Source: Octopus bimaculoides
Taxonomy: Eukaryota
Length of the DNA: 64,000 nt
Assembly: GCF_001194135.2 (NCBI RefSeq)
Contig: NC_068986.1
Span: 72,609,484 to 72,673,483, forward strand
Direction: 5' to 3'
The notes beneath the pieces were generated by a model, which was not told the origin of the DNA, did not search any database, and saw only the letters and a list, made by a program, of their open reading frames with translations. Made by a program: the position numbers and the translations under genes. Positions 1 to 11,431 of this stretch are shown in pieces. Position 1 is the first letter of the stretch. The number at the start of each line of letters is the position of its first letter.

Positions 1-61
1 CTATATACTATATATACTATAAACATGTGAGAGTATGCAGTTATGCATCCTCAAGAAAAAT

Positions 62-63
<2 letters not shown>

Positions 64-109
<46 letters not shown>
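64..109. repeat. (TG)n microsatellite
   Basis: Pure dinucleotide run. Confidence 0.95.
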
Positions 110-110
<1 letters not shown>

Positions 111-1149
111 CACATGGACATGGAAAGACATTTGCTGTGGAAATTGTCTTAGTAGAAAATTCTCTTTATAGTCAATATGTGTGAAAACATCACTGGGCTA
201 TGGATGATGTAATCAGACCACAGGACACATGCATTTCTGCATTATGCTTCATCAGTTACAGACACTGAATTCATTATTCACAGCCCGCTATAAATAGCAG
301 TTCTTATATTCAAACAGCAAATAGAATATATTATGATGCGTACAAAGCTTAACACAAATTTGTTAGACACACCTATATTTCACTCTATGCTGCTTCATGC
401 ACCTTTAGTTAATTAATTCCTGCTTGACAAAGCTTTATGCACATCAGCAAATGTACTTTTTACTGTTTAGATATAACAGCTGGTCTTAGTGGGTTAGAAA
501 TAACAAATTCAATGCCCATAGCTGATGAAGTGTAACAATACAGAAATGCATGCATCCTACAGTTCAATTACATCATTTAGCCCAGTGATGCACTTTCACA
601 CGTGTTATCTATAAGATAAACTTTCTTCTGAGACAATTACCACTGAAAATGTCTTTCCACATCCAGGTATACACAAACATGGTATATATAATTGTATACA
701 TCTATATTTCAATCAACACTGCTTTGTGTGTCTCTAGTTAATATATACACATACAGTTATACATTTGAAGGTTTATTTCCTGTAAAAGCACATTTTAAAT
801 AACTAAGACTATTTCTATGGAACACTGACAATTTGATTTAATAAAAAAAGTTTGAAAGTTGAAAGGAAAATATGTGAACAATTAAATTTAGCTCAAAACT
901 CTAGATGCATTTTTTTTAAAGATTAATTATATTAGTCCCCAAGCTTTAATTAGAATCACTATTGATTCTCATTTGCTTTGAAGGAAGAAAAGTTAACAAT
1001 TGATTTTCTAAAAGGATCTAATGAAAATGTGATTGGTTTCATTGTCAAGAAATTAATGAATTGCTCATAACCTATACTTGATTCTTTGTTGAAATATGTG
1101 CACAATGTTGTTTTTTACAATGTAGTTATAAAAGAACTGATTGGATAAG

Positions 1150-1380
1150 GTTTTGGTTTTGCTTGTTTCAGTCATTGGACTGTGGCCATGCATGGGCACC
1201 ATCTTGAAGGGTTTTTCTACGAAATCACCCGCCAAATCACTTACTTTAAAAGTTTAGTAGTTATTCTATCAGTCATCTTTGCTGAACCATTAAGTTGCAA
1301 AGACATAAACAAACCAACACTTGTTGTCAAGCATTGGTGAGACAAAAACAAAGACAAACAAGGATACATACACACACATC
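1150..1380 (+). repeat. Interspersed SINE-like repeat, second copy at ~60865-61140
   Basis: Shared TTGTTTCAG(T/C)CATTGG(A/G)CTGTGGCCATGC...GACATAAACAAACCAACAC. Confidence 0.6.
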
Positions 1381-1572
1381 GAATACTATTTTTTTCACCT
1401 TCTTTTGCACTTATATACTCACCTGTATGTATATATATATATATATAATTTTGTCCACGTTTTTTTGCTACGTCCTGTACCCAGATATGCATCTATATAT
1501 ATATGTAGATGTAGGTATGTACATACATGTACTTTATACACATATACTCATATATTTTTTGTATTATATATA

Positions 1573-1982
1573 NNNNNNNNNNNNNNNNNNNNNNNNNNNN
1601 NNNNNNNNNNNNNNNNNNNNNNNNNNNNNNNNNNNNNNNNNNNNNNNNNNNNNNNNNNNNNNNNNNNNNNNNNNNNNNNNNNNNNNNNNNNNNNNNNNNN
1701 NNNNNNNNNNNNNNNNNNNNNNNNNNNNNNNNNNNNNNNNNNNNNNNNNNNNNNNNNNNNNNNNNNNNNNNNNNNNNNNNNNNNNNNNNNNNNNNNNNNN
1801 NNNNNNNNNNNNNNNNNNNNNNNNNNNNNNNNNNNNNNNNNNNNNNNNNNNNNNNNNNNNNNNNNNNNNNNNNNNNNNNNNNNNNNNNNNNNNNNNNNNN
1901 NNNNNNNNNNNNNNNNNNNNNNNNNNNNNNNNNNNNNNNNNNNNNNNNNNNNNNNNNNNNNNNNNNNNNNNNNNNNNNNNNN
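1573..1982. other. Assembly gap (410 N)
   Basis: N run; the X-containing ORFs across it are artefacts. Confidence 0.99.
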
Positions 1983-2207
1983 GTGTGCCAGAGGGTTTGC
2001 AAATCCAATGGGGGTCTTAAAAGACATGTTAGGATCCACAATGAGCAGAACTTACTTGCAGGTATTGGTAGTGCAAATCAGAGGTGCAATCTGTGTGGGT
2101 GTTTTTTCAAAACACTGTCTGGTTTAAAAAGCCACATCAGACGCCATGAAAGGGCTAAGGTGTAGGTGCAGGAGGTGGTCAAACTCTCTTTAAGGAGTAG
2201 ACAACCA

Positions 2208-2210
<3 letters not shown>
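1983..2210 (+). mobile_element. 3' end of a LINE (RTE-BovB-like) ORF with two C2H2 zinc fingers, then a short 3' UTR and (TA)n tail
   Basis: After the gap: VCQRVCKSNGGLKRHVRIH...CNLCGCFFKTLSGLKSHIRRHERAKV* (stop at 2163-2165). The second finger is a complete C-x2-C-x12-H-x3-H. About 45 nt of 3' UTR precedes a microsatellite tail. Confidence 0.65.
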
Positions 2211-2240
<30 letters not shown>

Positions 2241-3373
2241 ACAGGCTTCCACACAGTTTCAGTCCACCAAATTCATTCCCATAGCATTGATTGGCCTGAG
2301 GCTGCACAGTAGGCCTGAACCCAAAACCATATGATTGAAAGCAAACTTTTTAACCATTCAGCCATACTTGTACTTAATGTTGATGTTTTAAATTGTACAA
2401 TGACATAAGTGGGCAGAATTCTTTGAAAATTAGTCTAAATGTGTTGCAGTGCATATCTATGAGCATTTACATTCAGTATTCAAATCCTGTGGTTGATGCA
2501 ATTAATTTTGCTCCTACTAAAACTTCTGGCTTTGTGCCAAAGTAAGGAATTGTTACATGTGATCTACTTTTTTATTCTTTTTATTAGGTTCAGCCAAGGT
2601 ACAAATTCAATATTGCTTCATAGTGTTCCATCAGTTCACTAATTCACGCACAAAAATATTTTTTTGTACTCTAAACTGATACTCTTAGAACATTATAGCT
2701 TCTTAACATTGATCCTTTATTTGTCCATTTTTGCTTCTTTCCCTTCTGTTTCTTTGTACCCAAATAGATTACCATTTTATTTGATAACTTATAGCACCTA
2801 CTTGTGACACAAAATACACCGGTTTTCTTAATCATATGGGAATTTATTTACACCTACTTTAGATTGAAATCTCCTAGATGCAAAATGTATATATATCAAA
2901 CATTGTAGTTATTGTAGTCTTAGATGCACAATGCCCAACATTTCAGAATTTTCACTATTTAAAATTTTATGTAGATTCAGCTATGTACATAGCATTATAT
3001 AGCATTTCTACATTTTTACAAACAACTTTTTTATATGTGTCTATTATTCAGTGAACTTAGACAAACTGGTAGGAATATTTTCTAAATGATACTTTTTAAA
3101 ATTTCTTGCTGAGTCTAAAAAAAAGGAAGCAAAGCTCATAGCCTTTGCAAGTGCTTTGAAACTTTTGAGGTTGATGTCATTAAAAATGTTGCAGGAAAGT
3201 ATGTTAATCCTTTCAATCAAATCTCATTTTTATATAATTGAATACACATTTTCAACTAACAGTAATGAGTCTGTTTGATCAGGTGATTTAAACAGTTAAT
3301 GTGCCTACTGGACAAGGAGACTTGAAAGATCTGTGTCAGCTGAACCAAATGATGTAACTGTAATGTGTCTCCT

Positions 3374-3764
3374 TATTTTTGCTTAAGCCCTTTGCTGACT
3401 ATGGATCATAGGCTATTGATGACTTTTTTCTACTTTTCTCAACTCAGGGCTGTCAAGTCCACTCCTTTAGTATGGGGGAGGACACCCTAAGAGAGTGCAG
3501 AATGGCCTTCCTATCCTAGGTCTTGTTCGTTTAAAATTGTCATTGATGTTCTTGTAACTTTGTTATTTTCTTGGTAGGTGTGTTGGCCCAATGCAAACCA
3601 ATTTTTATCTTTGGAGGAGGTGGTCCATATTCGTCTAGCCTCAGTCCTTTGATCTGTCCAGTGTAGAAGGTCTTACCAGGAGCTTGTACTCCAGTAACAT
3701 AACTCTGAAGGTCACTGAGGCACACAAGATACCATACTACAATAAGAAGTGGACCTTGTGGTGA
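3374..3764 (-). mobile_element. Short RTE-derived non-autonomous retroelement (5' region joined to 3' end)
   Basis: Flanked by identical 13-mers TAATGTGTCTCCT (3361-3373, 3765-3777). The minus-strand 5' part (CTTGTGTGCCTCAGTGACC...GCTCCTGGTAAG) resembles remembered RTE/Expander 5' leaders. The 3' part (...AATAGCCTATGATCC...AAAGGGCTTAAGCAAAAATA) resembles RTE 3' termini with an A-rich tail. Confidence 0.55.
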
Positions 3765-4065
3765 TAATGTGTCTCCTGGACGAGGAGATTCAACAGCAAT
3801 GTTTCTACTGGACAAGGAGAAATAAAAGGAATACGTCTACAGAACAAAAAAAGCCTTGACAATAATGTGTCTTATAGGCCATGGCCTAATGGGGGGGGAG
3901 GTGTCATGGTGCACTCCCCACCTTCCTTGTGATTTACTTTAATGGATATTTTCATGTAGTCCTGGGTCTAACAAGTCAGAAAATCGATGCTGCCAGCAAA
4001 AAAACTGGGATGGAAGATACCCACAGTGGACTTTTTGACCATGCCCACTTTTACAGCTGGAGGTA

Positions 4066-4350
4066 AAAAATTGCAGAAATTGAAAATGCCTGAGACCTAA
4101 AATCTTACTATTTATTATTACTAGAAAAATGTAAAACTTTCGTTTAGATCAGTCAAGGGTATTTACTCCTTTGAACCCACCAAACTTCGCTATTGTAAAA
4201 AGAAAATTACAAAAATCCCTTATTTTCCAAGTTTAGTGGGCTTGAAGGAGTAGATGCTCTTGATTGATCTCAGCGAAAATTTAGCATTTTTCTAGTAATT
4301 AAATATAGCAACATTTTAGCCCTCAGGCATTTTCAATTTCTACAATTTTT
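4066..4350. mobile_element. Foldback MITE-like element (~120-bp inverted arms, ~41-nt loop, TA-flanked)
   Basis: Left arm AAAAATTGCAGAAATTGAAAATGCCTGAGACCTAAAAT... is the reverse complement, with a few mismatches, of right arm ...ATTTTAGCCCTCAGGCATTTTCAATTTCTACAATTTTT. TA at 4064-4065 and 4351-4352. Confidence 0.75.
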
Positions 4351-5375
4351 TATTTTTATTCCACCCTAATATGTATGCTGGACCAGAAGACTTAATCATA
4401 ATTTAGCCTATGAACCAGAAGACTTAAGAAATATGCTTATTAGACCAAGAGATTTAAGAACAATATGTATACTGTATAGGGATACTTAACTGTAATGTGT
4501 TGTGTCTAATAGACAAAGTGAGTTAATACAATGTGTTTTCTCCACTAGATGATTAACAATAATGTGTCTACTGGAAAAGAAGACAACATAATGTCTACTG
4601 GGCTAAGAAATTTAATATTAATGTGTCTGGTTTATCAGGGTCTGAAGCAGATTAACAGTAATGTGTTGGCTGGAAAAGAGGATTATTAGTAATGAGACTA
4701 CTGGACAAAGCGACTTAACAGAATATGTCTCCTGGATGAAAATACATTACTGCAATGTGTCTGCTGGAACAGATTTCACAGTAACGTGATTGCTGCATCA
4801 GAAGACTTAACAGTAATGTGACTGTTGCACCAAGAGCCTTAACAGTAATATATTGGCTTAACCTAAACAGCAGTGTGTCTAGTGGGTTAGGAAACCTGAA
4901 CATAATGTGTCTATTGATCAAAGAGACACATTATCGTCTACACAAGGAACCTTAATGGAAATGTATTTACTGGACAAAGAGATACAAAAACGTATCTAAA
5001 TAACTAGAAATTTTACTGTAAGTATCTACTGGACCAAGAGACTTGACAGTATTGTGATTACTAGTCAAGGAAACTCTACAGTAATGTGTCTACTGGACAC
5101 TAAAATATATGTCAGCTGTACAAAGTGACTTAATGATCAATTTTCTAAGGATAAAAAGGCTTAACATTAATGTGATTAATAAACAAAGAAAATTAATATG
5201 TCTACCAGACAAAGAGACTAAACAGTTATATCTCTACTGGACACAGTCACCTAACAGTAATGTGTCTTGGACAAGGAGGCTTAACAGTAATGTGACTTCT
5301 AGAAAAAGAACTTTGACAGTAACATGTCTGCTACACAAAAGACTTGACTGCAATATATCTATTTGACCAAGAGAC

Positions 5376-5574
5376 AGTGGTGAGCTGGCAGAATTGTTAG
5401 TATACCAGGCATTTCAGCTGTCTTTATGTTCTGAGTTCAAATTCCACAGAGATCAACTTTGTCTTTCATCTTTTCAAGGTCAATAAAATAAGTACCAGTT
5501 GAACACTGGGATCAATGTAATCGACTTACTGCCTCCCCCAAAATTGCTGGCCTTGTGCCAAAATTTGAAACCAG
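5376..5574 (+). mobile_element. tRNA-derived SINE with 22-bp target-site duplication
   Basis: Head GGTGAGCTGGCAGAATTGTTAG and B-box GAGTTCAAATTCC. Flanks TATATCTATTTGACCA(A/G)GAGAC at 5354-5375 and 5575-5596. Confidence 0.8.
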
Positions 5575-6960
5575 TATATCTATTTGACCAGGAGACTTAA
5601 CTATACTGTGTCTGTTGTCCAGGAGACACAATAATGTGTCTCCTGGACTAGGAGACCAAACAATAATATGTCTACTGGACAAGAAAACTTAATATTAATG
5701 TGCCTTGATGAATGGGAGAAAAATGGTCAAGTGTCTGTTTAACCAGGTTTAAGTGTAACATGTCTCTTTCATATTGTTTTTCATCTAAATTAATGATATG
5801 CCTTCTGTTTTCATATCATTTTCCCTAAATTTATGAAGCCTGCTCTCCCACTTTTTCATACTATATTTACCAAAGGTAATAAAGGCCTCACACCTCTTTC
5901 ATATTATTTTTACTTCTTTGTTTGTACTACTTTTACCTGAATTAATAAGCTCCCACTGCATCTAATACAATTTTTTTGTCCCATTTTTACTTAATTCCTG
6001 ACCACATAATACTGTGACTTCTCTGTTTTAATCATATTAAATACATGATTATTTGTCATTTGCATAAAAACCTGTTATTAGAAGATTATAGCTTTTTTAA
6101 TTAACATCAAATTTATATAGTTACTTTCAATCAATAATGAGGCTTCTTTACAGACAATTTACCCTCTGTTGTGCTTATACTGTATCATAGTCATTTCTAG
6201 AGTTCAGATGTACATCTATGTTTCCTTCTAAATTTCAACAGTTTGTACACAAATCTTTGGTTGTGCAAATTTTGTTTCCATAACATAGGTATATGTAACA
6301 CTGAACATATAATTAATATAATTATCAATTACTACATTATTTTATTTTATCACATTTTGTGTACCTATTAATTGCTTAAATGCATATAATTTCTTTTGTG
6401 CACTGGTTGCAAAACATGTACACACCATACACATGTAGACAGCTGAGAGGCTTACTTCATTATTAAAATTTTTAAAAACAATTATTTATTAAGCAGATAA
6501 CTCAACATTTTTTTAATGCTAATAACATATTCCTAGATCTTTGACACCATGGTACATTATATGTCTCATGAATACTACTTACAACAGCAGTTTGAGGTGA
6601 GATTTTGATTACTTTCCCTCCACCTATCTCTATATCAAGGGAAAGAGTCTTTTTTTTTTTCAGAGTTAATTGGTAGGTTATAACAAACAAATAATAGGTT
6701 TGCAAACATAGGCTGATTATTATTACCACAGCATGTTTATGAGACACTAATTATATAGTTTTATAAAACAAGTAAAACACTGACTTTCCAGACAAGGAAG
6801 GTCCAGAAACTCTTATAATCAACATTAATATATGAGCAGGAACTTCAAATAACTGCAGCTTCCACAGTAGCTTACTGGTACCTTAAACAGACTAGAACCT
6901 TACACAGTACAGTACAAATACACTTGTATCATTTATACTAATGTACAGCTTTGTGTATTT

Positions 6961-8030
6961 CATGGCATGAGGGTAGCAGGGACATTCAGTGGTGGATGGG
7001 GAGCTGTGGGGTGCTTTGGAGGAGATCGTCAGGAGTGCGTGAGTGGTCATTAAGTAGGCACTTGAAATGTGACTTCCAGCAATCGAGGATTCCCTAGGTT
7101 TTGGTTATTGTAGAGCCAGCTGCATTCTTCAGGCCACCCACTGACGACCTTGTGGGCCAAAGATCTCCTTGGTTGCGGCATAAAAGCTGCACGAGTCTCA
7201 TTGGTCCACATAGTTTTGCATCTCCTCTGCCATCAGATGTTCTGAGCTTCTCAAATTCCTCACTGGCATTCCGCTGATGCTTGCTGGTGTTTTCATTTGT
7301 TCTCCATAGTGGCATGGTTCTTGAAGGCTAGGCACATCTGGAGTTTGGCTTTAATAAGACTGGAGATAGTTGTCTCATTCTTGTCAAAACAGTCTTGGTC
7401 CTTCTTTCGAACCAAGCCAATTGTCTCCTCTGTGGCAGCGGTCATGGCTTCATGAAGGCTGGCCCAGCAATCCTCAAAGGAGGTTGGCTCAAGGAGGTCC
7501 ATCAGGTGTCTCTCAATGGATTCCCTGAAGACTTGAGATGTAAGTTCTGAAGTTTGGCGCTAGCAAAGCATCAGCAAGGGATGTTTGCTGAGACCCGCTT
7601 TGGTGGGCAGTGGATCTTAATGTCAAAGTGAGAAATAAGAAGGCAGTGGTCCATCCAGCAGTCATCTGCACCAACATGGAGTGGGTGATGCATACATCTT
7701 ATCTGTCCCTGGATCTTGTCAGAACATAGTTGAGGATGTGCCAGTGTTTAGACTGTGGGTGCCTCCAGGTCATTTTTTTTGTCGGGTAGAGAGACGAAAT
7801 ATGGAGTTGGTGATAACAAGTTCATACTCGGTGTAAAGGCCCAGGAGAAGCTGGCCATTGGCATTGCATTTCCCAGTGCTGTGATGACCAAGAATGCCAT
7901 TCTACAGACAATGGTCACTGCCAACTTTGCTATTCAAGTCCGCCAACATGACGATTTTGTCATGTGCAGCGACTGTCTGGATGGTGCAGTCCAGCAGGTT
8001 GATGTTGGTGTTTGGTCACATTTAATCTGA
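6961..8030 (-). mobile_element. Decayed RTE-BovB-type LINE fragment (endonuclease + linker)
   Basis: Minus strand reads DKIVMLADLNSKVGSDH, GILGHHSTGKCNANGQLLLGLYTEYELVITNSIFRL and RKKDQDCFDKNETTISSLI, with frameshifts and stops. Confidence 0.8.
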
Positions 8031-8164
8031 GACCTCATCCTTGACCTTGCTGCCATGGGTGCCGTACCAGGAGTCTAAGACTCAATCCAGCATGGCCACA
8101 ACTGCATAACTGAAATGCATAAAAGAATATGTGTATATGTATGTATGTATGTATGTATGTATTG

Positions 8165-9917
8165 TTAGAAAAGTGGGTAGATAAGGTAATTGAGGTAGTC
8201 AGAGTATGCGATAAGGTAATGAAGATGAGACTTATCATAGGTAAATTAACAGTTACATTTATCTCTGCTTATGCTCCTCAGTCTGGACTGACTGATGGGC
8301 AGAAGAACCAATTCTATGAGGTCCTTTTGCAGACCACCACAACGACAAGTGACAGAGACTTTGTTATTGTGTCTGGTGACTTCAATGGACATGTTGGACA
8401 GTACCCCCATGGATTCCAAGGAGTGCATGGGCGCTATGGTTTTGGACCTAGAAATGAGGAGGGCACAAGACTTCTGGGGTTCTGTGATGCAAATGATCTC
8501 ATGATCTGCAACACTAACTTCAAAAAACTAGCCAGCCACCTAATCACTTAGTCTGGTGAGCACATAAGCCAGATTGACTACCTCCTCACCAGGCAACGAG
8601 ATAGATGGATGCTTAAAAATGCAAAGTCTTTCCAAGGTGAAGAGTGTACAACCCAACATAGGTTACTAGTTAGTGACTTCAGAATTAGATCTCAAAAGAC
8701 TTGGCGAAATAAACCAATCTAGAAAAGAAGACTATGGAAGCTCAAAGACCAAGCAAACAGACAAAAATTTAGAGATTTACTAATGGAAGCTTCTGACGAA
8801 AGAGAGGAAGAGTTGGGGACAATCTACCGCAGGACAATCTACTGAGGGCTATGGACGAAATCTGTGGTTGGCGCAGAGTCCCAGCTAAACCACAGGTGAT
8901 ATGGTAGTGAAGTAAGGAGGTTGACAGTGCTATAAAAGCACAATGACTGGCTGAAAATACTGGAAGCAGAGAATTAGATCAGGTAGCCTAAAGGGCAGCT
9001 AGGTGTCAGGTATACATAGCAAAAGGAGTAGCTGAAGGTAAGAGATTTGCAAATGTTCTACAGCATGTGGATCAGAGGTGTGAGGTGTTCAGGATTGCAA
9101 AGCAGTGTATCAGAGAAAGTAGAGATGTGGTAGATGAGAAATGTGTGCGAATGGATTAATGGTATGCTTGCACTTAGTGATTCAGAGATGAAAGATGCAT
9201 GGAATTGTCACTATGAAAGGTTACTAAATGTGGAAAATGAATAGGAGAAGGAGAGTCTACTAAATAGCGAACCAGTTGAGGGACCAGCCATCAGAATTGA
9301 TAAGAGCATAATAGATAAGGCAATTAAGGACATGAAAACAGGGAAAACCCCTGGGCCATCAGGAATCACTGCCGAGTTGATGAAAATTTCCAGTGATATA
9401 GTATACAGCTTAGTCACCCATATGGTTAATCAGGTTATTTGGGAAGGCATTATCCCCAGTGACTGATGTTGTAATATTATAGTTAACTGCTACAAGGGTA
9501 AAGGTGATGCCTTAGAAACAACTACAGAGCTATTAAATTGCTAGACCAAATCATGAGGGTTACTGAGAAGGTTAGAGCTCAATTGATTAGAAATAGAATT
9601 AAACTAGATGAGATTCAGTTTGGTTTTGTACCTGGGAAAAGTACCACTGATGCTATGTTCCTAGTGAGACAGCTGCAGGAAAAGTACTTGGCCAAAAGTA
9701 AGCCATTGTACTTAGCCTTCATCGACCTGGAAAAAGCTTTCAACAGAGTTCCCCGCTCTGTTACATGGTGGTCTCTAAGGAAGTTAGGAGTAGAGGAGTG
9801 GCTTCTTAGAGCTGTACAAGCCATGTACAGTGGTGCTCTTAGTAAGGTGAGAGTCACCCATGAATACAGTGATGAATTTAACATACAGGTAGGGGTTTAC
9901 TAAGGCTCAGTTCTCAT
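8165..9917 (+). mobile_element. Decayed RTE LINE fragment (APE endonuclease to RT N-terminal half)
   Basis: ISAYAPQ, GDFNGHVG, RNEEGTRLLGFCDANDLMICNTNFKK, then FGFVPGKSTTDAMF and FIDLEKAFNRVP. Multiple stops; ends before YADD. Confidence 0.9.
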
Positions 9918-9971
9918 GAATTATGTATTACCTTTGCAGTAGTGTACCCAATTCTGTCTTCATTCCTGATT

Positions 9972-10034
<63 letters not shown>

Positions 10035-10403
10035 NNNNNNNNNNNNNNNNNNNNNNNNNNNNNNNNNNNNNNNNNNNNNNNNNNNNNNNNNNNNNNNNNN
10101 NNNNNNNNNNNNNNNNNNNNNNNNNNNNNNNNNNNNNNNNNNNNNNNNNNNNNNNNNNNNNNNNNNNNNNNNNNNNNNNNNNNNNNNNNNNNNNNNNNNN
10201 NNNNNNNNNNNNNNNNNNNNNNNNNNNNNNNNNNNNNNNNNNNNNNNNNNNNNNNNNNNNNNNNNNNNNNNNNNNNNNNNNNNNNNNNNNNNNNNNNNNN
10301 NNNNNNNNNNNNNNNNNNNNNNNNNNNNNNNNNNNNNNNNNNNNNNNNNNNNNNNNNNNNNNNNNNNNNNNNNNNNNNNNNNNNNNNNNNNNNNNNNNNN
10401 NNN
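10035..10403. other. Assembly gap (369 N)
   Basis: N run flanked by (TA)n. Confidence 0.99.
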
Positions 10404-10445
10404 TGATGATATATATATATATATATATATATATACTCATATATT

Positions 10446-10495
<50 letters not shown>

Positions 10496-10508
10496 CTCAT
10501 ATATTGTT

Positions 10509-10560
<52 letters not shown>

Positions 10561-10564
10561 TATA

Positions 10565-11156
10565 CCGGGTGGGTTGATTAAATTGTCATCTAAACTACAC
10601 AAAAATGATGTTATACCTCCATTCATCTTCCCACACAGCTTCAGACTCAACGCGGAGGCCTACATCAAGTGCCTAGAGGAGGTTGTGCAGCCCTGGGTCA
10701 AGAGGGTAGCTGCTGTAAGACCCTATGTCTGGCAACAGGAGTCTGTATCATACCACATGAGTAGGGGAACCCAGTCATGGCTGTCAGATAATTTCTGTGA
10801 CCACATTACCCCTAACATCTGGCTACCTAACTCCCCAGACTGCAACCCCACTTGATTATTATGTGTGGGTCACAGTTGACCAAGAGACCAACAAAACTCC
10901 TTGTAGCACTAAAGATGAACTGAAGACAAGGATTATGGCAGCATTCACCAAATTAAATAAGGAGAGCATCCAGAAGGAGATTCTGAAGTGGTCTGGAGGC
11001 CGTGGTTGAAGCCAATGGCGATTTTATTGAATAAATTTACTCTTTAGTTTTTCAAGATATTTTTTTGTAATTTTGGTAAATATACCTGTTAAAATGAGAT
11101 GTCAGTATTATTTTCATTTTTGCGTAATTTAGATGACAGTTTATTCACCACACCAT

Positions 11157-11157
<1 letters not shown>
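10565..11157 (+). mobile_element. Internally deleted Tc1/mariner (DD37D/maT-like) element with both TIRs
   Basis: Left ...ATTAAATTGTCATCTAAACTACAC matches the reverse complement of the right end (...AATAAACTGTCATCTAAATTACGC); TA on both flanks. Interior encodes PYVWQQES...WLPNSPDCNP / LDYYVW. Confidence 0.75.
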
Positions 11158-11207
<50 letters not shown>

Positions 11208-11397
11208 AATCAATAGAAAGAGTGCAGTGAAATTGCTGTGAGGAGTGGAATATCTAGTGTTTTGGTTAGTGTTCCTTCTTCAGAGTAAAGTAGACAGGTG
11301 AGAAATAAAAGAAAGTCACCAGAGTTCTACATCCTCTGTTGTAAGAACTCTAAATAACTTAAAGGCCATAAAATAGATATGATAATAGCAACAACAG

Positions 11398-11431
<34 letters not shown>

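Larger units (their letters stand above)
3285..5765. repeat. Degenerate ~32-bp tandem array (consensus ~TTAACAGTAATGTGTCTACTGGACAAGGAGAC) with nested insertions
   Basis: The unit recurs head-to-tail, e.g. 5281-5375 holds three units of 31-32 nt. Interrupted at 3374-3764, ~3875-4367 and 5376-5574. Confidence 0.85.

Noticed and set aside
1241-2041. Long ORFs spanning the first gap (likewise 9923-10855 and 47482-48058)
   Set aside because: They are open only because N runs and microsatellites contain no stop codons.
5376-5460. tRNA gene
   Set aside because: A/B-box-like motifs are present, but there is no cloverleaf and the sequence continues into a SINE body repeated many times in the window.
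3285-5765. CRISPR array or repetitive protein gene in the 32-bp array
   Set aside because: Units are contiguous and degenerate with no constant repeat plus unique spacer pattern, and there are no cas genes. The 30-33-nt period does not hold a reading frame, so the short ORFs (4715-4921, 5109-5366) are incidental.
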